NCBI RefSeq assembly: GCF_036321535.1
Contig: NC_087436.1
Coordinates: 49,912,001-49,976,000 of the forward strand
Length of the DNA: 64,000 nucleotides
Origin: Camelus dromedarius
Lineage: Eukaryota
Reading direction: 5' to 3'
In this document: in pieces, positions 45,623 to 57,519 of the stretch
Position numbering within the stretch: position 1 is the first letter of the stretch
Layout of the letters: each line of letters opens with the position of its first letter
The notes under the pieces: generated by a model
Seen by the model: only the letters and a program-made list of their open reading frames with translations
Databases searched by the model: none
Told to the model about the DNA's origin: nothing
Position numbers and translations under genes: made by a program

Positions 45623-46849
45623 TCTCATTGACTCTTTTTCTTAGACATCAGCCTCGTTCTGCTCCTGTTGCCTCATATTTGACTCATATTTTAAGATTAT
45701 TCACTTTTCCTCAGTGTTTTATTTTGGAATTTTCAAATATATGGGAAAACGGAGAGGGCATATTGATCATTAAATTTTACATATTATCAGTGCCAGACAA
45801 CCATGTGTATCTACAACCCCTACAGTGAGCACTAAGGGTACTTGTAGATATGACTTGGTTATTCCTCTCAGCCTTTTCAGTGATCAGAGCTAGGAAATAT
45901 TTTCGGTTCATTATACAGTCAGCCTAAGAGTTCTCCCTATAAGCCTGGGGGAAAAATTGCATGAGACGTCAGTGATTGGTTTGGTTGTCAGGAAAATTTC
46001 ATAAAAAAAGAAGCTCCCATTTTATGTTATTAAATGCTGTTCTTTTAAGGAAGTGCCACTCCAAGAAAAATTCCTGTTTTTTTCCTTCACATTTAATGTC
46101 ATGTTGTCTCTGTTAGGTTTCTTACACAGAGTTTTTTGCTTTTTAGTATTTATGCTCAATATGCAATTTTCAAAAAAAAAAAAACAAAACCCTAGCCATC
46201 AAGAATACAAATAAACTTAAAAAATAACAAACAAGAATACAAACAAATCCCTCCATTCCTACCAGCGTGTGCTTTCAGTTTCAGAAATACTTTTTGCTTA
46301 CGGTTCTTCATATGTAAAGAAGACCTATGAGGTCAGATAGCAGAGATTTTCTATTTTTCACATCACTGAACTAACAAAACTACAGACTCCCATTTCATTA
46401 ACATGTTAGAGAAAAAAACACTCTCTTTCCTATTCATTCTATTTTCAAAAAGGTTGCCTTTTCTTTTCCACTCCACTGAAATATGAAAACCGTGTTCCTG
46501 TACCAGATCACTGTACGCTAGCATGCAGACACACGAGCTCTCCTAGAGTGTGATGGAAACACTCTGTAAGCCCCCATTGTCATGCAAACCTATAAGTGAA
46601 GATTACAGAAACAAAACCTAGCAGACAAACCTGTAGAATAAGATAAGTTTGATAAAGCTGTATATATTTCTACATTTTTGTGCTGTACATGCTTGATTTT
46701 TCCCCCAAAATGCTCTCAGTAAGATGTTTCACAATTATAAAATGATTAGCCATCTCTTATTCCAAATCTTGTCTTTGGAATTAAAGTTTTCAATTATATG
46801 TAACACTTTTATTTCCTAAAACTTTAATAATATATATTAAAAAATACTT

Positions 46850-47290
46850 TGACAAACAATGGTCCCATTGAACTGGAATATGAGGTTGAAAATGGGCCGT
46901 TGGAATTCCTCAGGGTACCAAACCATCAGGGGAAAAAAAAAAAAAAAAAGAATGCTGTACTGTTTGGGGAAATTTCTCCTAATTACCAAGGAGAAATATG
47001 ATTGCTGCTACCTGATGTGGATATGGAGAGATCTGTTCATCTGTCCAGAATCCAGGGTTATTTCTAGGGCAACTGCTGGATTTTCATTGTACGATAGAAA
47101 CATTTAATGGCAAGTCTTCCAAAGATGTTGGTTTTGAGATTCATTAGCAGGCAAAAAATGTCACCCAGCTCGGACAATGGCTGCAGGTAAAGGGAACATG
47201 GAATTGATGGTGGAAACAAGGATTTTTAAAGACCAATTGTGGCCTCATATTGAGTTTCAGAAATGACAGCAGTAATGGACATTTTCTTTT
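46850..47290 (+). pseudogene. ERVL internal remnant: decayed dUTPase region and 3' internal sequence
   Basis: MVPLNWNMRL, then in another frame from 46951 NAVLFGEISPNYQGEI*LLL, which resembles ERVL dUTPase motif 3 (GVIDPDYQGEI); downstream 'gcaggtaaagggaacatggaattgatggtggaa...ttcagaaatgacagcagtaat' resembles the ERVL-int 3' end. Confidence 0.8.
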
Positions 47291-47679
47291 TGTGTTATTA
47301 TGTACACATGTATATATTCACCATTATCTAATCTCTTTTGCTCTTCCAGATTACTTTTGGTGGTAAACAACCTTAAAACTTAGTTTTTCTACTATACAAT
47401 ATTAACTTTGGATTGTGATTAAACTAAAACAAGTGTTAGTATCACAGAGCGACTATGGGGATTTGTGTCTCCCGATTTTGCGAAGTGAATGTCTTCATTT
47501 GCATTAAAATTAATTGCACCTTATTACCAAATTGATATTGTTATTGTTGCTAAGATGAAATAATTGCTATTTATTATACTTAAGCTCAGATATGAAAAAG
47601 GGTATTTTGACCTTGAAAAACTGCCACGTGGCCAAATATTATCTTTGTAAAGCTTCTTCTCAGAGATCTACACACAGTA

Positions 47680-47860
47680 TTCCCAGGACCCCTTTTTCCT
47701 TTGCTTCCCTCAATCCTTGGAGTGGTAACTAGTTTTGATGGTGACTCACCTCTGAGTTTCTTCAACATCCATTTTTGGCTCTTCCACCATCCAACACCTG
47801 GGTAACCAATTTTCTGTATTAAATCACTTGTGTTTAAAATTCCATGGCTGGTGTCAATTA
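47680..47860 (+). mobile_element. ERVL-class LTR 3' fragment (family uncertain)
   Basis: 'cacctgggtaaccaattttctgtattaaatcacttgtgtttaaaattcc' resembles the R/U5 region of old ERVL LTRs; lies just downstream of the ERVL-int remnant. Confidence 0.35.
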
Positions 47861-48477
47861 GGAAATAATTGATCCCCAATAAATATACCCATATTGATGA
47901 AAATTCTTTTTGAAACATATTTTAGTAAAATTTCTTGCCTTTAACTGTATCCCTAGAGTATTGATAACATCATACATTCTAGTATTTTACCAATGCCTGA
48001 AACAATGTATTTAAATAAAGATCTGCCTTCTAGTCATCCAATTACACTAAAATTGCTCAATATTCTGGGAAGATCCTTCCATGGGGCTGACCTTAGACTA
48101 ACTCCTTGAGTTATAAAGTTTCATTAGTTCCTTTATATCACATCTAGGTTTTAACCAAGAATTATGTTACCCAACTCAATTATCTTCCTTTACTTAACCA
48201 AACTTGATTGCAAATAATTTTATTCTCCCCATCCCCAAAATATTCCTATGCAAAAGATAAAGGAAGGGAAAATTTCTTAACTTACCAAATTTACCATTTT
48301 GATGAAGATAATACAAGTTGTGTATATGTGTGTGTGTAGTATGTATGTGTAAGCCTCTTTTCATTTATAATTTTAAAGTTGGAATTTAAAGTCTACATTT
48401 ATTCTGTATAACTTCCATTATTGGAGATTTTCCCTTGTGGACACTTCCCCACTTCCAGACAAAGAGCCCTTCTAAGA

Positions 48478-49140
48478 ATTTTTTTATTTTGGCAAAATAT
48501 ATTAACATAAAATTTGCCATTTTCACTATTTTTAAGTAGACAATACAGTGGCATTAATTACACTTACAATATTGTGCAAATATCATCACGATTCCAAAAC
48601 TTTTTCACTACCTTAAACAGAAACTCTGCAACAATTAAACAATAACTCTCCAGTTTCCCCTCTAATCAAATTCTAGTAACCTCTAATCTACTGTCTGTCT
48701 CTATGAATTGGCCTATTCTAGACGTTTCATTTAAAAGGAATTGAACAATATTTGTCCTTTTGGACATCCCTAGTTTCACTTCGCCTGATGTTTTTGAAGT
48801 TCATCCATGTTGTAGCATGTATCAGAACTTTATTTATTTTTATGGCTGAAAAATATTCTATTGTATGTATATATCCCACATCGTGTTTATCCATTCACCT
48901 GCTGATGGACGCTTGGGTTGTTTCCACCTTTTGGTTATTGTGAATAATGCCACAAGGACATTGATTATAAGAATCTTTTGAATTCCTATTTTCAGTTTTT
49001 TTTGGATACATATTTGGAAGTAGACTTGTTGGGTCATATGGTAATTATATGTTAGCTTTTTCAGGAACTGCCAAACTGTTTTCCATGGTGGCTGCACCAT
49101 TTTACATTCCCACTATTGGTGTATGAGAGTTCTAATTTCT
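48478..49140 (-). mobile_element. L1MB-type 3' end
   Basis: 'aacataaaatttgccattttcactatttttaagt..acaatacagtggcattaattaca'; antisense ORF MVQPPWKTVWQFLKKL…. Confidence 0.88.
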
Positions 49141-49309
49141 AAGATCATGATGAATATGATACCACAGCTAATAGATAAAATAAGTCAGAATGAATTGCAA
49201 TAAATTTATGATGATTTTAAGTTATTAAATTAAATATTATACTATAAACAATGAAAATAATGGAAAAATTTGTTTCATGTAAACTCTTTGTTCTATGGCA
49301 TGATTTATA

Positions 49310-52300
49310 TAAGTTTTCTTTAACTTCTTTTAGCAGCATTTTGTATTTTTCAGGATAGTTTTCAGTCTTTCACCTCTTTGGTTAAATTTATTCTTAGGTA
49401 TTTTATTATTTTTGATGCTGGAGTAAGTGAAATTGCTTTTTAAATTTTCTCTGCAGGTGGAGAGGAGCAGAGGAGATTTCTGTATGTTAATCTCGTGTTC
49501 TACGCCTTTGGTGAACTTTTTCTATCAGTTCTATTAGCTTTGTTGGTGAATTATTTGGGATTTTTTACTGTAAAAGGTCACGTCATCTGTGAGTAGGTAT
49601 AGTTTTATTTTTTCTTTTCTAATTTAGATGCCTTTTATTTCTTTTTCTTGTGTAAGTACTCTGGTTAGAACTTCCAGTACATTGTGGAATAGCAATGGCA
49701 AATGCAGGCATCCTTGTCTTGTTCCAGAATTTAAGGGAAAGATTTCAGCCTTTCATCATTTAGTATGACTTAGCTCTAGGCTTTCTCTAAAAAGCTTTTA
49801 TAATTTTGAGGAAACCCTTCTACTCTAGTGTTTGGAGTAGTTTGTATTGTGTGTATTAGATTTTCTCTGTCAATTGAGATGATCATAATAGTTGGAGACT
49901 ATGTTTTGGCACTTGACAAGATTTCATTCCTTTTTAAGGCTGAATAATATTGCACTGTACACATATAAGTGTTCTTTTTTTATTGAAGTATGGTTGATTT
50001 ACAATGTTGTATGGGTTTCTGGTGTACAGCATAATGAAGTAGATCAGACAGAGAAAGACAAAATCACATGATGTCACTTTTATGTATGTTCGTGTTTTTT
50101 ATCTGTTCATCTGCCAATGGATATTTGAATTGCTTCCACTTCTTTGCTAGTGTGAATATTGCTGCTATGAATATGGGTGTATAATTGATTTTTGTAGTGT
50201 ACCATTTTGATGTCCTTATCACTTTCTTTTGTGTATTTTTTTAGCTATTTCCTTACTGGTTAGTATAGTGATTACAATTAACATCTTAAAATTTATGACA
50301 GTCTAGTTTAAATTGATACAAGTTCGTTGAAATATCATATAGAAATTATGCCACTGTATAGCTCTGTCATGCCTGCTTTATGTTTTATTGTCACAAATTG
50401 TGTCTTTATATAGTTTTCTGGTTAATATAGATTTACAAATTTTTTTGCATTTGTCTGTTTAAATCATAAGAATTTTTTTAAAAACAGGTTACAAACCAAA
50501 AATACAAGAATTTTGGCTTTTCTATTTACTCCTGTTGTTACTGTTACTGCAATTCTCTATTTCTTCATGTGGCTTCAAGTTTGTTCTTTTATTTCAACCT
50601 GAAGAACTCCCTTTAGTATTTTCGGTCAGACAAATTTACTAGCCACAAATTCCCTCAGCTTTGTTTATCTAAAAATGTCTCATTTCTCCTTTATTTTTAA
50701 ATAGTTTTACCAGATTTAGAATTCTTGAAAGACCTGTTTCCCTTTCTGCACTTTAAAAACATCACCCCACTCCCTCTGACCTCCACTGTTTACAATGAGA
50801 ATTCTGCTGTTTCCGTATTAAGAATACATTGTACATGGTAAGTCACTTCACTCTTGTGGCTTTCAAGATTCTGTCTTTGGCTTCTGACACTGATTGTCTT
50901 GATTGAGCTCTTACTGTTTACATATTTTTTTGAGTTTGTTGTGTTCATTAGATATGTAGATTTGTGTCTATTATCAAAAGTGGGAAGATTTTTTCCTTTA
51001 TTTCTTCAAATATTCTTTCTGCTCCTCTATCTTCTCCTTCTGAGATTCCTATTATGTACATGTGACCCACAAGTCTTGGGCTCTGTTCATTTCTTTTCAT
51101 TCTTTTCCCTTTCTGGTCCACAGAGTGAATAATTTTAGTTGACCTGTCTTCAAGTTTGCTGCTTTGTTTTTCTGTCTGCTCAGATCTTCTATTTAAATCC
51201 CCTAGTGAGTTTTTCATTTCACTTCTTGTGCCTTTCAGCACCAGAATTTCTATTTCATTTCTCTTTATAATATCTTTCTTTTTTATAGTCCGCACCTTCT
51301 TTTTTCTTTGCCTGGTTTATAATTTTTTTGTTTTTGGAAAGTGAACAGTTTTCAGTAATATAATAGGGGTAACTGAAAATTAGATTGTTCCCCTTCCCTG
51401 GAGTTTGTTTTTGTTGCCTGCTGTGTGCTGTAGTTGTTTGTTTGTTTAGGATTTAGTGGTTTCTAAACTACTTTTGTAAAACCCATATTGTTTTTTTGTG
51501 TGTGTGGTTTCTAAAAAGTCTGTTTCTTTAACTTGTGTTTTTCTGGTTTTTCACATAGATTTATTTCACCTCTAAAGAGAAAGAGAGAGAGAGGAAACAA
51601 AGGGAAAAAGAAAGAAACAAACTCTCCCAGTCTTTGCAGATTGGCTCTGTGCTGGGTCACTCCATTAATGCTTAACCAGGCCTTTTACAACAATGCTTTA
51701 GCCTTCACTTCTTGCTTACCGTGAGCCTGTGAGCCTAGAGATAAGCCAGAGAGATAGCTGAGGGTCTTCTCACATCTTTTCTGAGCATTCAGCCTGCCCT
51801 GGGCATATGGATTGCTTTCTAAGTTCCCAAGTCTATGCAGGCACCTCTGAATGCCTTAATTTCCCAAAGAAATCTTCTTCTTAGTCTCCCCTACCCCCAG
51901 GATTTCAGCACTTTATTGTTCAACAGAATTGTAATCTTTTGCTGAATATTTCTTTGTTTTACTTTTTTTTTTGAAAAAATGATTCTGCTTTTCCACCTCT
52001 GACTTTTCTTAGGAAGCTCTGAGTTAGGGGGAAGGAAGGTAAATGCCTTGCATCAGTCCTTCTGGTGACCATCCTCCATGTTAAAACAGATATACATGAA
52101 CATAATTCTTTGAGAAAAAGTTCTGTTCTGCTACTTCTGGAATCAAGTACCAGGGCTCCACATTGGGAATATAGGCTGCCGTCTTCAAGATTGCCACGTG
52201 GATACCAGGGAGAGCATGGGGCGAGGACAAGTAAAAATGTCACAGAGATTTCCTAGTGTTTTTTAAGTTGTCTTTTTTCTTGATTAAGCATTCTCTGGAT

Positions 52301-52437
52301 TGTTATAAACTTTTGAGTCTTTTCCAGAATACTGACAATGTTGATTCTAACAGTTTTAACTGGATTTTTTTTTTTTTAATCTTTCTGTGTTGAGGTGGGT
52401 TTTTGGAGCAACCTACTCTGCCATTTTTGGTGATGTC
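49310..52437 (-). mobile_element. Old L1 body (ORF2 pieces, ORF1, 5' UTR), internally deleted
   Basis: ORF 50948-51295 is an L1 ORF1p coiled-coil relic (…EIEILVLKGTRSEMKNSLGDLNRRSEQTEKQSSKLEDR…); ORF2 RT-region antisense 'ggcatccttgtcttgttcc'; 5' terminus-like 'tactctgccatttt'. Confidence 0.85.
49975..50085 (-). mobile_element. Miniature 5'-inverted young L1 insertion
   Basis: Antisense tail 'tttttttattgaagtatggttgatttacaatgttg...gtacagcataa' fused to sense 'tgaagtagatcagacagagaaagacaaaatcacatgatgtcactt'. Confidence 0.75.
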
Positions 52438-52499
52438 TGATTTATGTGCTTCAAGAATGTGTGTTATATTTGTAGTAAATCTGTAGTTCATTACACAAA

Positions 52500-52750
52500 T
52501 GCTCTTATCAGAACCATGACATTTATTTCCCAGCTGCCAGGCACGTTGGCTGCAGGTGGTTCACAGATAAATCTCTCCACTGGAATTTCTCAGCTGAGAG
52601 GAGATGTCTCTCCCAAGATTTTACCTAAGAGGGGACAGTTCATACCTAGTGACTGGTTAATAAGAAGAAATAAAGTCTTGATCCTCTTTTTGGGCTATCT
52701 TATGATTCAGGATAAATCTGAAAAATCCTGTAGAATTCCTGAACTTTTCT
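52500..52750 (+). mobile_element. LTR16-family ERVL LTR fragment
   Basis: 'ttcccagctgccaggca..ttggctgca', 'ctcagctgagaggag', 'ctagtgactggttaat', 'caggataaatctgaa'. Confidence 0.55.
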
Positions 52751-53979
52751 CACATAGATAATATTCACTTCCCAATAATTTCTGCTCACAGACTCTGAGG
52801 GATGGGATAAATTTTTTTTAAGTTCAAATGCTAAAGTTAAAAACACTAAAGAAAATAAATTTATATTGTGATAACTTACATTTTTTATACACTTCCTCAC
52901 TTCTGATCATTATCAATTATTTTCTTAACTTCTTACAAATAATGTCTGATGTTTTTATAAAAATTTCCTAGACTAGTTATTAAGTTCTGCAGTTTATGTT
53001 GTTTACCTTCTTTCTCTTTTTGAAAATAAGGGAAAATGACTTGTATTGGTTCTTTATCAATTTTTTCCAAAATTCCTCAATGATTACTGATACAAGGCAA
53101 TCATCTTTTTCCTGTGTTCTTTCATTCCCTGGTAAGTAATAGTCACTAGGTAAGATTTAACTTTTTTAGAGTTATGGATTTCAAAGTTTTCAGTGAAATT
53201 CCCCTTTGTTTCCCCCAATAAAATCTTATGTCAAGACTTACTATATGATTAAGTAAGAGAAATGGTTTGTTAGCATGATTTTATTTTTAAAGTCCATACC
53301 GTTTTCTCATCCTGCAGGCAGTTGATGAGAAACATAAAGATATTTTGATTAATACAAACATTTAAAATAGGAGCTTTATCAGTGACAATGATAAAAACTG
53401 ATTTCAGCCTCAGCATTCAACTTATGCTTTGATTTTCGATGGGCAGTGTTGATATAACCATCATTTTCATTAATTCATAGTTTAAAATAGAAATAGAATT
53501 TTTAAAAATGTACTAAGTAATGTCATGTTCTGCTTTGTTTAAATAGATTAGTGGAATGTAGTGCTCCACTTTTTTAACTAAAACTGTGCATGCAAAACCT
53601 AGGTGACCAAGTCAAGACAGAGAGTCTGGAAGATCATACACCACTTTCTAGTCTCACAGTGTGCCTGAGCTTCTGATAACGTGGAAAGCAAGTTGAAGAC
53701 ACAATTAACAACAAGGGAACTTAAAACAATTATATAAGATGGAGGAGTTTTAAATGTGCATATATAAAAATTGAATTTCAGTTGCTTATTTATCATTAAG
53801 ACAATTTACAATTCTGTGTTTCACTTACTGCATCAAGGTCTTCCATCTTGTTCACTAAATTTTCTTTCTCTTCAGCATTTTAAGCACAGTTTTGAAAAAA
53901 TTCAATATGAAACACTAATATTTTAATGGGGAACATAATTTTCAAGAGTAAAAAAACTTTCAAGAATAAAAAAGTTTTT

Positions 53980-54112
53980 ATTTTTTTCCAGTTTTATTGA
54001 GATATAATTGGCACACAGCACTGTGTAAGTTTAAGGTGTACAGCATAATAATTCGACTTATATTTGTCAAATGATTACTATATTAAGTTAATATCATCAC
54101 CTCATTTAATTC
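53980..54112 (-). mobile_element. L1MA9-like 3' tail
   Basis: 'ccagttttattgagatataattggcacacagcactgtgtaagtttaaggtgtacagcat'. Confidence 0.8.
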
Positions 54113-54530
54113 CAAAAAAATTTTAAAAACCAAAGTTCTAAAGTCTTATAGACATAGGAAAGCAATATACTCTAAAGATTAACACAAGAGTTTCATGACT
54201 AGACATTCTAGAATAAAAAGTTAATCAAGATTTAAACTTATTTGCTTTATTGGATTGTATGTTTTCTCTGTGCCCAGCATACAATATAGCATTTGGTACC
54301 TGGTAGGTTTTCAAAAAATTCTTGTTGATTGTATAAATGAATTCAGGGTCTTTAAACAGGAATGACAGGATTTTTTTCAGAGATGAATAATTAATTTATC
54401 TTATAACCACTGAATATTTGGTTAACAATTAAAATTAGATTTGTATATTTCTAACTCTGTTTCTAAATTCATGGCAGGCATCAGACAGGATTTTAACCAA
54501 ATTTGAAGATCTCATTGTGGTGATATAATT

Positions 54531-54600
54531 CAGGGGTCAGTAAACTGTGGCAAGTGGGCCAAGGGGCCATGTTTGGGCAAATAAAGATACACTGGAAACT
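54531..54600 (+). mobile_element. MER58 5' terminal fragment
   Basis: CAGGGGTCAGTAAACTGTGGCAAGTGGGCCAA resembles the MER58 TIR and start. Confidence 0.65.
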
Positions 54601-54629
54601 CCAACAATCCAAAATAAAATGTTTTTTAA

Positions 54630-56160
54630 AAAATAAAATTTTACTTGTAGAACAGCCTTAGATTTACAGAAAAATAGTGAGGGTAGTACAGAGAATTACC
54701 ATGTACCATACAACTAGTTTAACCTACTGTTAGTCTTTTTATTAGTAGAGTATATTTGTTAGAAATAATGAACCAATATTGATACACCATTATTAACTAA
54801 AGTTGATATTGCATTCAGAATTCCATAGCTTTTTCCTAATGTTTTTTTCTGTTCCTGGATTTCATCTGAGATACCACATTACATTTATTTAAATGTATTC
54901 TTAGGCTCCTCTTATCAGAGACAGTTTCTCAGACTTTCCTTGTTTTTGATGACCTTGACAGTTTTCAGGAGTACTGGACAGGTATTTTGTAGAATGCCTC
55001 TCAGTTGGGGTTTGTCTGATGTTTTTCTCATGATTAGATGGGGATGAAGTGGTTTTGGAAGGAAGACCACAGAGTTGAAGTGCCAGTGTCATCACGTCAT
55101 TTCAAGAGTACGTACCGTAAACATGCTGTATCACTACTGATGACCTAGCTTGGGGTAGTGTTTGTCAGGTTTCTCCACTGTGCACTTACTCTTATTTTTC
55201 CTTTCCATATTGTACTCTTTGGAAGAAAATCACTGTGTACAGCCCACACTTACAGAGGGAAAGCTATGCTTCAGGGGTGGAATAGCTGCACAAATTATTT
55301 GGAATTCTTCACAAGGTATTTGTCAATGCTTTCCCCACATTTTATTTATGCAATAATTCCTTTCTATCAGAATGGATTCATGGATATATAGTTTATACTT
55401 TGAGTTATGATCTGTTTTATTTTGTTGTTCACATTTTTCTAGCTTTAGCCATTTTTAAAAAAAATTTGGTCATGTATTCCTTTGGCATAGTCATCATTGC
55501 AGGCGTTTTGGATTTTTTTCAAAGTACTTCCTTGTGTTATAAAATGGTCTAGCTCATCTTGTATATTTCCTCTCACAGTCCTAGAATTAGCATTTCTCCA
55601 AAAAATCTTGGTTTCTTTGATTGGAAAATGGTATTAGAAACCAAGTTCTAGATTCTAGATGTGCTTGATTCTACTCAAGGGTTATGGCTTCTAGGCCCTC
55701 TCAATGAACAGAGCAGGGAGATGACCATGTGTATACTGAGCTATGTATATTCATGTATCTATAAATGTTTCCACATGTTACCATCCGTATCCATAGTAAA
55801 TAAAAATGAGTTCATTCTGTTGTATTCAACTCCAATTCATTATCACCTAGAACATTCTAGCCTTCTCCCCTAGCTCAACTGTAACCCCCAACTCCAGGAG
55901 TGAGAAATCGGGCTCTCACCATCTGCCACACATTTACTAAATTGTTCAGTTCTGGAATACGGATATGGTATTTTCAGAAATGTTAACCCACACTTTTCAT
56001 GGGACACAACTTTGTTAACTAAAGCATAGTATTTATGTACAGCTCCTTTTGGCTTTCCTTGTGCAGATTACATTCATTTCCAAAGTTACTTGGATCAAGA
56101 CCTGGTTGCCCCACACCCTTTAGTGAAGGTGTTTAATACCATTGTAATACATTTAGATTT
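54630..56160 (-). mobile_element. L1MC-type 3' UTR (about 1.5 kb)
   Basis: 'ttagatttacagaaaaat', 'gacagtttctcagactttccttgtttttgatgaccttgacagtttt', 'ggtattagaaaccaag'. Confidence 0.88.
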
Positions 56161-56349
56161 TAGATGAAGAAATGAAAATAAACATTTATACATACACTAA
56201 GAGTTCAAATACATTCACGGACATGAAAATGATTTATTTCGAGTTTGGCACCCACATATGTATATATTTGCATATGCATGTGCAAGTGTGTTAGCAAAGT
56301 CAGCAGTTTCGATACCTTTCAGTCATACTCTGTGTAAATTAAACTGGTT

Positions 56350-56570
56350 ACAATAATGATAATTTACATTCATGTAGCATTGTATGATTTTCAAAGCACT
56401 TTTCATATTACTGTTTCTCCACTGGTATTAATTTTATAATTCCTCTTTTCATGTAAGGAAACTGAGACCCAGTTTCCTGCCAGCGGGCACTTATCAAATG
56501 AGTGTCAAAGCCTAAAATTAACTCTAGGTTTTATTATTTAAGTCTATTTTCCTCTCTTTCACACAGTGCC
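56350..56570 (-). mobile_element. MIR fragment
   Basis: 'aataatgataatttacatt..gtagcatt..tttcaaagcacttttca...gtaaggaaactgagacccag'. Confidence 0.75.
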
Positions 56571-56859
56571 TTTGTGTTTCTTCATTATTTGTCACGATTA
56601 TAATTATATAGTAAATTTCTATCAATCACACAGGGTTAGTCAAAATCCTGTCGTGTAAAGAAATACAAAATGATTCAGTGACTATGACTGACATGCTAAA
56701 TTAATTTAAAAGCTAAGGTAGCTCTTATATACTCAAAAACTCCATCAGTGCCTTTAGGAGGAGAATTGCTCAGTGTCCTTAAGGCTAAAACTAGGATAAA
56801 TGATGCTGCAACAGCTCCTCCCTACACAGATTTTCATTCTTTCTAGAACTGACTGCATT

Positions 56860-57150
56860 TGCTATGTTTACTTTCCCTGTTGTTGGCATCACTTTCCACC
56901 AAAATAACAAACCCTAGAAGTCTACTTAATTCCTGCCTCTCCTAGCATCACCACTCTAACCAAGTAACGACCAAGTCCTGTTAACTTTACTTAGCAAGTA
57001 TTTCTGAAATTTGTGTATTTTTCACTTCTGCTCTCACTACAGTCCTTGAGACTCTCACCATCTTTCTCCTGACCTCCAGTGACAGCCTCTCAACTTCGCC
57101 TCCTTAGACAAGTCAGTCTTCAATACATCCTCCACAGAACGCTACATCTG
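56860..57150 (+). mobile_element. LINE-2 fragment
   Basis: 'accaagtcctgttaacttta', 'caccatctttctcctgac', 'caatacatcctccacaga'. Confidence 0.65.
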
Positions 57151-57159
57151 TGCTCCAAC

Positions 57160-57366
57160 CTCACTGTGTTTTCTTCTGTAAAGAGAGTAAATATTCTCGG
57201 CTTTGGGACATGCAGTCTCTATCACAAATACTCAACTCCACCATTACAGTACAAAACAAGCATAAACAGTATTCAAGCAAATGAGTGGCTGTGTTTCAAT
57301 TAACTTTTGTTATCAGAACAGGCTCTGAGTTACCTGTGGCCCATGGGGATTAGTTACCAATCCCTG
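57160..57366 (-). mobile_element. MER58A MITE
   Basis: 'tctgtaaagagagtaaatatt..ggctttg...tactcaactc...gagtggctgtgtttcaat...ttaccaatccctg'. Confidence 0.8.
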
Positions 57367-57519
57367 TTCTTAAAGAACAGGGCCTTGCTATCTAGACCAT
57401 CAGATGATGCTCAGCACATGGTGGGAGCCAGATAAAAATTTATTAGAAAGTAAATGAGTCATTCCAAAAAAGGAATAAATAATGGGTGAGTAACAAGTCA
57501 AACATATACCCCAAGAGAC

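Noticed and set aside
50948..51295. 115-aa coiled-coil ORF
   Set aside because: L1 ORF1p relic within a decayed L1, with no full-length frame.
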